This document shows positions 49,796 through 58,611 of a DNA stretch of 64,000 nucleotides, piece by piece. The stretch is from an uncultured Spirochaetales bacterium (GTDB lineage Bacteria > Spirochaetota > Spirochaetia > CAYRYS01). The DNA lies in assembly GCA_964428555.1 (NCBI GenBank), contig CAYRYS010000007.1, forward strand, positions 3,787-67,786. Reading direction: 5' to 3'. Position numbers and translations under genes: made by a program. The stretch's first letter is position 1; every line of letters begins with the position of its first letter. The notes beneath the pieces were generated by a model. That model did no database searches. It was given only the letters and a program-made list of their open reading frames with translations, and was not told the DNA's origin.

Positions 49796-50971
49796 ATGCA
49801 ATACTTTACTGAACAGGCATATACGCATTCTGAGGCGTTAGAAAAAATACGGCGAAAATACGGCGAACGGGCAAAAATACTAACTCACCGAGCAGTGAGA
49901 ATGGGCGGATTTATGGGACTCTTTTCAAAAGAAGGTATTGAAGTAACCGGGTATATTTCCTCGGATTTGGCTAAAAAACGAAGCAAGGATTTGGAAGAAA
50001 CAAAATCAGAGATACTGAAAAATGTCCAGAGCGACCAGACTTTAAAACAGATTTCAAAAGATGTACAGGAATTGAAAAAGTTCTTTTCATCTTCTTCAGG
50101 CGGTGAAATGCGCCATGAGGAGGAAAAGCACCCCACAATTATGAAAATTGAGAAAATGCTCTCTGAAAATGAATTTACTGATAAATATATTAGTTCAGTA
50201 TCAGAGAGAATTAAGCGGGAGTTTTCAATCGGCGAACTTGAGGACTTTGAGCTTGTACAAAGCGCTGTTATCGAGTGGATCGGTGAATCTATCAGCGTTC
50301 ATAAAGAGAATAACTCAAGCGGACCAAAGGTTTTCATTCTTGTAGGACCTACTGGTGTTGGTAAGACAACTACTATTGCAAAGCTCGCTGCATTAAACGG
50401 CTTGGGTACCTCTGGAATGAAAACAAAATCCGTGCGGATGCTTACAATAGATAATTACCGTATTGCAGCCAGGCAGCAGATCGAGACCTATGGAGGTATC
50501 ATGGGAATTCCTGTTGCATGCATAGAAACGCGGGACGATCTTCAGCAAAAGCTTGGATTATTCGGCGATGTTGATCTTATTTTAATAGATACTATCGGAA
50601 AGAGTCCAAAGGACTATAAGAAGCTGGCAGAGATGAATGAAATACTTAGTGAGTGCGGCAGTAAGGCAGAGCGGCACTTGGCGATTTCTGCTAGTACGAA
50701 GACCTCAGATATATATGAAATACTCAGGCAGTTTGAGCCGTTTCATTATCAGTCAGTTATTCTGACAAAACTAGACGAAACCAGTAAAATTGGAAATATT
50801 ATCAGTATACTTTCAGAGAATAGAAAATCGATATCGTATATTACTGACGGACAGAAAGTTCCTCAGGATATTTCACCTGCAACAGTCCAGAGGCTTCTCA
50901 TGCAGCTCGATGGGTTTCATATAAAGCGGGACTGGCTTGAAAAGCGGTTTCCTGATAAAATCGCACAATAA
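49796..50971 (+). CDS. flhF: SRP-family GTPase FlhF
   Basis: [36 protein letters not shown]. Confidence 0.95.
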   Translation: MQYFTEQAYTHSEALEKIRRKYGERAKILTHRAVRMGGFMGLFSKEGIEVTGYISSDLAKKRSKDLEETKSEILKNVQSDQTLKQISKDVQELKKFFSSSSGGEMRHEEEKHPTIMKIEKMLSENEFTDKYISSVSERIKREFSIGELEDFELVQSAVIEWIGESISVHKENNSSGPKVFILVGPTGVGKTTTIAKLAALNGLGTSGMKTKSVRMLTIDNYRIAARQQIETYGGIMGIPVACIETRDDLQQKLGLFGDVDLILIDTIGKSPKDYKKLAEMNEILSECGSKAERHLAISASTKTSDIYEILRQFEPFHYQSVILTKLDETSKIGNIISILSENRKSISYITDGQKVPQDISPATVQRLLMQLDGFHIKRDWLEKRFPDKIAQ

Positions 50972-50988
50972 AGAGAGTGGAGAAAAGC

Positions 50989-51849
50989 ATGGCAGATCAA
51001 GCGGAAAAATTACGTGAAATGATGAAAACAAGACCGCAGTCCGGAACGAATCAGAATACCCGGATAATAGCTGTCGCTAGCGGCAAAGGCGGAGTTGGAA
51101 AGACAAATATTGCTGTTAACCTTGCTATTGCCTACGGACAGCTTGGTAAGAAAGTAATAGTCATGGATGGAGACCTGGGCTTAGCAAATGTAAATGTTGC
51201 GCTTGGAGTTATTCCGAAATATAATCTCTATCACCTTGTCCGAAAACAGAAAACAATGCAGGACATTTTGATGGATACAAACTATGGTTTCCAGTTTATT
51301 GCAGGCGCATCCGGATTTTCTAAGATCGCCAACCTGACAGAAGATGAACGGCAGGTTTTTATTGATGAAATGACTGCACTTTCTGCTGCGGATGTAATAA
51401 TAATAGATACTTCTGCAGGTGTATCGAAAAATGTACTATCATTTATAGAGGCTGCTGATGAGGCAATTATTGTTACTACCCCTGAACCGACTGCAATAAC
51501 CGATGCATACGGAATTATTAAGATTATTGCAACTGAGATTGATAATTTGAATCTCGGATTGAAATTGATAGTGAACAGGGTAGATTCGGTTACAGAGGGG
51601 AAGAAAGTTGCAGAGCGTGTAATAAATATTGCAGGCCAATTTCTTAATCTAAAGGTAGATTACCTTGGATATGTTTATGATGATTCGAGTGTACAGAGTG
51701 CTGTTTTAAAACAGAAGCCCTTTCTTGTATATGATCCGAAAGGAAAAGCATCTATTTGTGTAAAGCACATTGTTTCGCGACTTGAAAAAATAGAATATCG
51801 GGAAGGCAGCGGAATTACGGGATTTTTGCGTAAACTCTTCGGTGGATAG
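50989..51849 (+). CDS. flhG: MinD-like ATPase FlhG
   Basis: MADQAEKLR, SGKGGVGKT, DGDLGLAN, PEPTAITDAY. Confidence 0.95.
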   Translation: MADQAEKLREMMKTRPQSGTNQNTRIIAVASGKGGVGKTNIAVNLAIAYGQLGKKVIVMDGDLGLANVNVALGVIPKYNLYHLVRKQKTMQDILMDTNYGFQFIAGASGFSKIANLTEDERQVFIDEMTALSAADVIIIDTSAGVSKNVLSFIEAADEAIIVTTPEPTAITDAYGIIKIIATEIDNLNLGLKLIVNRVDSVTEGKKVAERVINIAGQFLNLKVDYLGYVYDDSSVQSAVLKQKPFLVYDPKGKASICVKHIVSRLEKIEYREGSGITGFLRKLFGG

Positions 51850-51888
51850 GCATCCGGCGGGAGTGTAATAGTGAACTATGAGAATCCC

Positions 51889-51917
51889 TTGACTGGAGGT
51901 ATTTTTTTATCTACTCT
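51889..51917 (+). promoter_or_regulatory. Putative internal sigma70 promoter of fliA sub-operon
   Basis: TTGACT-N17-TACTCT in the gap after flhG. Confidence 0.55.
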
Positions 51918-52027
51918 GTAATTAGGAGCAAAAAGTGTACCGGAAACACATGTTCTGCCTGTAACAACTTGCTTCTGACAGTTCTCTTAGGTTCTATGAA
52001 ACCTTACAGGTGTGGAGGTTTGTAAAG

Positions 52028-52720
52028 GTGCTTGGAAAAGTCGCAGCAGGATTCGCTGTAACAGGAATCATTCTATCGATTATTGCAGGCGGTATTGCTG
52101 GTGTCCCTCTTTTTACCATAATTCTCCGTTCGCTCCTATCTGGAGTTGTATTTGGAGGAATCGGAGCTGGAGCCTATGTACTTATTCAGCAGCAGCTGCC
52201 TGAATTACTGGAAGATAGTGAGGCTTCCAGCAGCATAGATGAGGATGATGTTTCAAACACTGTGGATATTGTTCTGGATGATAAAAATCCTGATATCTAT
52301 TCTCAGGGTAATGAAGAACAAGGTGATTCAGAGTACGGGAATGAAGAATCTGAAGAACAGAGTGATGAAGGGGACGGCTTTGTCGAAGAAGTAGAAGAGA
52401 TATCTTCAGTACCAAACGGTAAGGGACTTTCAAATCTCGGAGATAATGATGAGAATTATGATAAAAAGGAAGAGGTTGATGTCCTGGAGAATGTAGATGC
52501 CCTACCGGATTTGGGACAGTTTTCAGATTCTTTTGCAGGCTTTGACGGAGAGGGCGGAGATGATGAGAATGATGGTGGTTCTTCTGGGAATTCCTCGAGG
52601 TTTCAGCCCATGGATCTCGGTAGTTCCAGTGAAACAATAGATGTGATGGGTGATAAAAAACGGCCTGAAGAAATCGCTCAAGCGGTAAAAACGTTTTTGA
52701 ATAAAGATCAGAAAGGATAA
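52028..52720 (+). CDS. Hypothetical membrane protein (two TMs, acidic disordered tail) upstream of fliA
   Basis: GTG 52028 with GGAGGT SD (alternative GTG 52010); C-terminal PEEIAQAVKTFL. Confidence 0.75.
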   Translation: MLGKVAAGFAVTGIILSIIAGGIAGVPLFTIILRSLLSGVVFGGIGAGAYVLIQQQLPELLEDSEASSSIDEDDVSNTVDIVLDDKNPDIYSQGNEEQGDSEYGNEESEEQSDEGDGFVEEVEEISSVPNGKGLSNLGDNDENYDKKEEVDVLENVDALPDLGQFSDSFAGFDGEGGDDENDGGSSGNSSRFQPMDLGSSSETIDVMGDKKRPEEIAQAVKTFLNKDQKG

Positions 52721-52726
52721 TCTGAT

Positions 52727-53515
52727 ATGTCGGACAAGCTTTTGCAGGAAAAGTCTGAAGAAGAACTCTGGAAACTTTATAAAGAAACTAAGGACCCTAA
52801 AATACGGGATGCTTTTGTAAAACAATATGCTCCGCTTGTGAAGTATGTTGCAGGCAAAGTTGCAATTGGAATGCCCCATAATGTGGAATTCGATGACCTA
52901 GTCGGGTTCGGAGTATTCGGATTGTTTGATGCAATTGAAAAGTACGATCCAGGAAAGCATGTTAAGTTCAAAACCTATGCAGTTACCCGTATAAGGGGTG
53001 CAATATTTGACGAACTTCGGTCTATAGACTGGGTCCCAAGGTCTGTCCGGCAAAAAACAAAGCAAATAGAGGATACTGTACAAAGGCTTCAAGCTTCTCT
53101 TGGTCGCCCTGCATCGGATAAAGAGATTGCTAAGGAAATGGGCGTATCCATTGAAGATCTTCAGAAGACTATGCTGAAAATATCCGGTACATCAATACTA
53201 TCGTTAAATGATGTTTGGTATACAGGGGATGATAATGATAAGGTTTCAATAGCAGATAGTATTGAGTCTCCTCAAAGCCTTAATCCGGATATTATCGTAG
53301 AAAAAGACGAAATTAAACGAGTAATTGTTGAGGCAATTAATGAGCTGCCTGAAAAAGAGAAGAAGGTACTTGTCCTCTATTATTACGAAGATCTAACCTT
53401 GAAAGAGATCGGACAAGTTCTTGAAGTAACTGAATCCAGAATATCTCAGCTGCATACCAAAGCAATTATGCGGTTGCGCACTAAGCTAACAAATATTAAG
53501 AAGGGGATTATGTAA
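52727..53515 (+). CDS. fliA: Flagellar sigma factor FliA/WhiG (sigma28)
   Basis: [53 protein letters not shown]. Confidence 0.95.
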   Translation: MSDKLLQEKSEEELWKLYKETKDPKIRDAFVKQYAPLVKYVAGKVAIGMPHNVEFDDLVGFGVFGLFDAIEKYDPGKHVKFKTYAVTRIRGAIFDELRSIDWVPRSVRQKTKQIEDTVQRLQASLGRPASDKEIAKEMGVSIEDLQKTMLKISGTSILSLNDVWYTGDDNDKVSIADSIESPQSLNPDIIVEKDEIKRVIVEAINELPEKEKKVLVLYYYEDLTLKEIGQVLEVTESRISQLHTKAIMRLRTKLTNIKKGIM

Positions 53516-53528
53516 AGGGTGATAATCT

Positions 53529-55472
53529 ATGGTTAATCTTGAAAAAATACGTTCTTACATGCGTAAGCAGGCTGAAGATGACCGTAAGAACCGCTCTGTC
53601 CAGGTAACCGGAGAGACCCTTGAGGAAGCTTTGAGTCAGGCTGCAATGGAGCTTGGACTAAAAGTAAGTAAGCTTGAATACGAGGTGCTTCAGAAGGGCA
53701 GTAAAGGCATGCTCGGAATGGGAAAAAAAGACTGGATCCTAATTGCCTATGAAGCAATGAAAACTGAAGAAGTTGCTTCTTTCGATGAAGATATGGGAGT
53801 TGAGGATATTGTTGGTACAGAAGATGTAATAGCCAAAGACAAGGATGGAGAGATCTTTGTACGGCTTACTTCTGACGGTGCATTCCTAAAGGTTACTCCT
53901 CCAAAAGGAAAAGGCAAAAAAGCAAAAGAAAAAACAGCTATGGCCCGTTTACAGGAACGTGCGCTCTCCAAAATTGATGAAAATATGGTCAAGCAGGTAG
54001 TAAAGAATGCTGACGGGGCATATGTAAAGGTTGGAGAGTTCATCTATAATCCTACCAATGACCCAATTGTTAATGTTGAGATAACTGATAATGAAATGAA
54101 GGCATATATGACAGTAACACCTCCAGGGCCTGGCGGTACGGACTTGTCATATGAAAATATCGTTACATTTTTAAAATCCAACGGCGTTGTTCATGGGTAC
54201 GAAGAGGAAACAATGCAGGCATTTGAGGACCGCCCGGTGTATAAGGAACCAGTGCTCGTTGCTGTAGGGAATAAGGCGATTGACGGAAAAGATGCAAGGA
54301 TTATTTATAATTTTGAGACAGATACATCTAAGGTTAAGTTAAAGGAGAAGGACGGAAAGGTCGACTTTAAAGAGCTTAATCTTGTACAGAATGTTGTTGA
54401 AGGACAAATACTTGCAAAGAAACTTCCTGCTGAAAAGGGTGAACCTGGCAGAACAGTTACAGGAAAGCTTCTGCCTGCTAAGGCTGGAAAAGATATTGAA
54501 ATTGGAATTGGAAAGAATGTGAAGCTTTCAGAAGACAAGATGAAAGCAATATCAACTATAAATGGACAGGTAGTACTCACTAATTATAAGATAAATGTTG
54601 AGCCTGTATATGTTGTTCCCGGGGATGTAAATCTCCATACAGGAAACATCCTCTTCCTTGGTACAGTTGTTGTCAAGGGAAGTGTTGAAGATGGTTTTTC
54701 CGTAAAAGCTGCCGGAAACATAGAAGTAAAAGGAAATGTCGGGAAATGTGAGCTTGACTCTGAAGGAGATGTAATTGTTCATCAGGGTATTCTCGGTAAG
54801 AGCGGCGGAAAAGTAAAATGCGGGCGAAGTGTGTGGGCAAAGTTTATAGAGAATGCACACATTGAAGCTGGAGAATTTGTAGTTGTTAGTGACGGTATAA
54901 TAAACTCAGATGTCGATTCCAATAAAAAGATAGTTTGTCAGGGAAAGCGTGCGAGAATTGTAGGCGGTCATTTACGTGCATCCGAGGAAATACACGCAAA
55001 GATACTCGGATCTCCAGGTGGTGCTGAGACTTTGTTGGAAGTCGGGTATGATCCAAGGAAAAAAGAGCGTCTTGTAGAAATTGAGGCAAAAAAGAGCGAC
55101 TTACAAAGCGAATTGGATGATGTAGAGCTCAATATGCACACACTTGAGAATATGCTCAAAATGAAGAAAAAGCTTCCTGAAGATAAGCAGAAAAACTATC
55201 AGCAGCTCAGAGGAAAGAAATATGAGCTGACTACAGAGATTAAAAAGATAGATGAAGAAATAGATGAAATACAGCGTTATCTAGCTTCATTAAAAGTTAA
55301 AGGGAAAGTCTCAGCTGCTTCAAAAGTATATCCTGGAGTAAGGGTCACAGTAAAAGACATTTCTATGGATGTAAAGAGCGATTATAAGGCAGTAACCTTT
55401 GTAAATGAAAACAACATAATCCAAACTGCGAAATATGAAGAGCTGGAGGAGGACTTCTCAAGGAGAGAGTAA
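53529..55472 (+). CDS. FapA/DUF342 family protein with N-terminal Jag_N-like domain
   Basis: GETLEEAL...LEYEVLQKG-KG; FKELN, GDV--TGNI-F-G beta-helix repeats, IVGG, VYPGV. Confidence 0.85.
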   Translation: MVNLEKIRSYMRKQAEDDRKNRSVQVTGETLEEALSQAAMELGLKVSKLEYEVLQKGSKGMLGMGKKDWILIAYEAMKTEEVASFDEDMGVEDIVGTEDVIAKDKDGEIFVRLTSDGAFLKVTPPKGKGKKAKEKTAMARLQERALSKIDENMVKQVVKNADGAYVKVGEFIYNPTNDPIVNVEITDNEMKAYMTVTPPGPGGTDLSYENIVTFLKSNGVVHGYEEETMQAFEDRPVYKEPVLVAVGNKAIDGKDARIIYNFETDTSKVKLKEKDGKVDFKELNLVQNVVEGQILAKKLPAEKGEPGRTVTGKLLPAKAGKDIEIGIGKNVKLSEDKMKAISTINGQVVLTNYKINVEPVYVVPGDVNLHTGNILFLGTVVVKGSVEDGFSVKAAGNIEVKGNVGKCELDSEGDVIVHQGILGKSGGKVKCGRSVWAKFIENAHIEAGEFVVVSDGIINSDVDSNKKIVCQGKRARIVGGHLRASEEIHAKILGSPGGAETLLEVGYDPRKKERLVEIEAKKSDLQSELDDVELNMHTLENMLKMKKKLPEDKQKNYQQLRGKKYELTTEIKKIDEEIDEIQRYLASLKVKGKVSAASKVYPGVRVTVKDISMDVKSDYKAVTFVNENNIIQTAKYEELEEDFSRRE

Positions 55473-55799
55473 ATGCCTATTCAGCCAATGGATTTACAAA
55501 ACCTGTTCATGCGCATGCATGAAGTTAGCCGTGAACAGTCGGTTCTCAAAGAAGGTGCACATCTGCAGCAAACATTGCAGGGAAGTGAAATCGCAAAAAA
55601 GGCTGAACTCAAAGACCACTCAGTAACCGAAACCGAGGACTTAGGTGACGGTATTGAAAAAACAAAAGACGGCGAAGAAAAAAAAGAACAGAGAAAAAAC
55701 GAGGAAGAAAAGAGGGAGCAGGAAGATAAGAGCGGAAAAAAGAAAAAAAGCTATTTCGACGACCCTGACCTTGGACATCATATTGATATAACAGGATAA
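55473..55799 (+). CDS. Hypothetical flagellar-cluster protein
   Basis: MPIQPMDLQ start, charged linker, C-terminal LGHHIDI; abuts fapA. Confidence 0.75.
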   Translation: MPIQPMDLQNLFMRMHEVSREQSVLKEGAHLQQTLQGSEIAKKAELKDHSVTETEDLGDGIEKTKDGEEKKEQRKNEEEKREQEDKSGKKKKSYFDDPDLGHHIDITG

Positions 55800-55803
55800 A
55801 CCA

Positions 55804-56283
55804 GTGCAGCAGTATATTGTTTTCACCATCATCAACATAGGCGTATTAGCGATTATGTTTCTCTACTTCCGGAATATGATAAGTAAAAAATCAGATCCCG
55901 AAGCAATACTTACTCAATTCCGAAGTGAAATACAACAGCTGATAACAGAAATGAATCAAACTGCGGATATGAATATCGGCTTAATAGAAGATAGAATACA
56001 AAATCTGAATGCTCTGCTAGAGAAAGCAGATAAGCGAATCTCTATACTCTCAAAGGAGTCAGAGAAACAGGAGTTCAGTGCCAAAGTTTACAGTAATATA
56101 CTGAAAAAACAAAAAAAACAGGAAGATGTTGAAACAAAGCCTCAGGAAAAAGCAAAATCTGTTCCAGCCTCTGTTCACCAGCTCTACAACCAGGGTTTTT
56201 CCCCAGAGGTTATTGCAAAGAAATTAAAAACAACAGTAGGCGAAGTTGAATTAATTATATCTCTTGGGGAACCCAGGAACTAA
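55804..56283 (+). CDS. Hypothetical membrane-anchored coiled-coil protein with C-terminal HTH-like motif (DUF6115/DUF2802-like)
   Basis: N-terminal TM, coiled coil, GFSPEVIAKKL...GEVELI. Confidence 0.75.
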   Translation: MQQYIVFTIINIGVLAIMFLYFRNMISKKSDPEAILTQFRSEIQQLITEMNQTADMNIGLIEDRIQNLNALLEKADKRISILSKESEKQEFSAKVYSNILKKQKKQEDVETKPQEKAKSVPASVHQLYNQGFSPEVIAKKLKTTVGEVELIISLGEPRN

Positions 56284-57950
56284 TGAGCGAAATACTTGGA
56301 ATTGATTTTGGTACAGCCTATTCTTGTGTATCAGTGGTTGAAAACGAAAAAGCTGTAATTATTCCAAACATACTTGGTAAACGAACAACACCCTCAGCTG
56401 TTGCGTTCAGGGAAGACGGCACGGTCCTGGTAGGTGAGCCAGCCAAAAACCAGGCTGTTTTACACCCTGAAACGAGTTTCCTGTATATTAAAAAACGACT
56501 GGGAACAAATGTTACCTATTCTGTGTATGGACGCAGGGTTACTCCTGTTATTATTGCCTCTTACATCTTTACCTACTTGAAAGAAGGCGCAGAAACATAT
56601 CTTGGAAAGACCTGTTCCAAGGCTGTTGTTACAGTACCAGCTCACTACAGTGAAAAACAAAGACGTGCGACTATGGAAGCATGCAGACTTGCAGGACTGG
56701 AAGTAATCAGTCTAATAAACGAACCAACAGCTGCTGCACTTGCTTATGCATCGAATTCCCGGATTGGTGAAGTTTGCTTGGTCTTCGATTTAGGTGGAGG
56801 CACCTTTGATACAAGCATTCTCCGAAAGCAAGGAGACAAATTTACTGTGCTTGCAACCAAGGGAGACAATACCATCGGTGGCGCAGTTTTTGATCGAATT
56901 ATTAAAGATGGAGTAATCAGTGAGTTCCTTCAAAAAAGCGGTAAAGATTTTACCCAAAATGGTGTCATGCTTCAGCAGATCCAGGCTCTCTCTGAGGAGA
57001 GGAAGAAAGATCTATCAAAGCTGCACTCTGTTCAAATTATGGTTCCCTTTGCTGACCATGAAAGCGGTGTAACCCATCTCTCTTACAGCCTTTCCAGGAA
57101 TACATTTGAGAATAAAATAAAGCCCTTTCTTGATAAGGCAATTAACCATGTCTTTTCAGCTATGAAGCAGGCAGGTGTTACTGCGCAACAGATAGATACT
57201 GTTATTCTCGCCGGCGGATCGACTAGAATTCCTTTTGTCAAAAGAAAGCTGGAAGAGGTGTTTCATAAAGAGCCAATCTCCTCATTGAATCCGGATGAGG
57301 TTGTTGCTATGGGTGCTGCTATCAGGAGCGGGGTTTACACACACTCAGGGTATGCAGTCGATTTACGGGAAATATCCGGTATTTCTCTTGGGGTCTTGGT
57401 AAAAAACGAGCAATACTATGAGCTGATACCAGAAAACACCTATCTTCCTGCAAGTATTGAAACTGAATTCACAACCCTTGTTGATAATCAGGAGACTGTG
57501 GAGATACAGGTATTGCAGAAAAAGAAGAATAATCAGATTATTCCTATTACCTCACTATTATTAACTGGGATTCGGAGAGCTAAATGCGGGAAACCGAGGA
57601 TAGGGGTACGGTTCCTCCTTGATAATGACGGTATTCTACATGTTTCTGCAAAGGATAAGGATACCCAGGCAGTACAAATGATACAAGTTCCTGGGATAAG
57701 TTCTCATGATAGAGACTCTAAAAAAGAATTGATACCCCTTGTATTAAGACAGAAAACCCGTCTTGAGCAAAAACTCCAGAGTAAATCGGATATAATTGAT
57801 ATGGACTTTTTATCTGAAATATCCGAAATTTTAAAAAGAGCAGATGAAAGTCTTCAAACCAGAAAGTATGAAGATCTAGAGCTTTGTTATTACGCACTTG
57901 AAACAATGCTTGCAGAGTTGGAGGTCCTAGAGTATGAGAAAGATGCCTAA
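56283..57950 (+). CDS. Hsp70-family protein (divergent DnaK paralog)
   Basis: GIDFGT, RTTPS, AVVTVPA, INEPTAAA, DLGGGTFD, AGGSTRIP, NPDEVVAMGAA, DGILHVSAKD; 555 aa. Confidence 0.93.
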   Translation: MSEILGIDFGTAYSCVSVVENEKAVIIPNILGKRTTPSAVAFREDGTVLVGEPAKNQAVLHPETSFLYIKKRLGTNVTYSVYGRRVTPVIIASYIFTYLKEGAETYLGKTCSKAVVTVPAHYSEKQRRATMEACRLAGLEVISLINEPTAAALAYASNSRIGEVCLVFDLGGGTFDTSILRKQGDKFTVLATKGDNTIGGAVFDRIIKDGVISEFLQKSGKDFTQNGVMLQQIQALSEERKKDLSKLHSVQIMVPFADHESGVTHLSYSLSRNTFENKIKPFLDKAINHVFSAMKQAGVTAQQIDTVILAGGSTRIPFVKRKLEEVFHKEPISSLNPDEVVAMGAAIRSGVYTHSGYAVDLREISGISLGVLVKNEQYYELIPENTYLPASIETEFTTLVDNQETVEIQVLQKKKNNQIIPITSLLLTGIRRAKCGKPRIGVRFLLDNDGILHVSAKDKDTQAVQMIQVPGISSHDRDSKKELIPLVLRQKTRLEQKLQSKSDIIDMDFLSEISEILKRADESLQTRKYEDLELCYYALETMLAELEVLEYEKDA

Positions 57951-58557
57951 GCAGTCTGCGTACCGTATTCTCGGCATTGACCCGAATGCGAATATTCGGG
58001 ACATAAAAACTGCATATAGGACCCTTGCTCTAAAATACCACCCGGATATTGCATCCAGTCCATACACGAATACCACCTTTTTACGGATAACTGAGGCTTA
58101 CCAAGAGTTGATCTCCGATGATCAAAAAAGTGATGAGAAAAAACCAGAGCCCAGCCCCAAACACAGAGCTGCGGATTTTGATACTGTTGCACGTATGGGG
58201 AAGATGCTGTTAGAAAGCAGATCAAAGACAAAAAAGATTTTTGCTGCAAAATATCTAGGCAACTCAAAAAAGAAAAGTGCTTATACCTATTTGCGTAAGG
58301 GATTGTATGATCCTGAAGATGAAGTTGTCCAGGAAGTGCTTGAAGCAATCGGGAAGCTTCGCATACTTCATTCTATTGGAGATCTGAATGCTGCTTTTAC
58401 GTCTGGAACCCCTGTAATAAAACGTGCTATTCTAAAAACAGTCGGCGTGTTCGGCAAAAAAGTCCAAGGTGTTAATAATATCATTCTTCTTGGTTTGAGA
58501 GATGCTGACCCGGATATACGCAGGTATGCTTTAGACGTATATGCGAAAAACAGTTAG
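57934..58557 (+). CDS. J-domain protein with C-terminal HEAT-like repeats
   Basis: YRILG...IKTAYR-LALKYHPD...F--I-EAY; HEAT-like LYDPEDEVVQEVLEAIG and LRDADPDIRRYAL. Confidence 0.88.
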   Translation: MRKMPKQSAYRILGIDPNANIRDIKTAYRTLALKYHPDIASSPYTNTTFLRITEAYQELISDDQKSDEKKPEPSPKHRAADFDTVARMGKMLLESRSKTKKIFAAKYLGNSKKKSAYTYLRKGLYDPEDEVVQEVLEAIGKLRILHSIGDLNAAFTSGTPVIKRAILKTVGVFGKKVQGVNNIILLGLRDADPDIRRYALDVYAKNS

Positions 58558-58611
58558 CTGCAATTGATATATTATAACTGTATAATACTAATGTGTAACT
58601 AGGATTGAAAA

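Noticed and set aside
56283-58557. Calling the pair dnaK-dnaJ
   Set aside because: No grpE or hrcA, divergent Hsp70 linker and substrate domain, and the J protein lacks the G/F and zinc-finger regions
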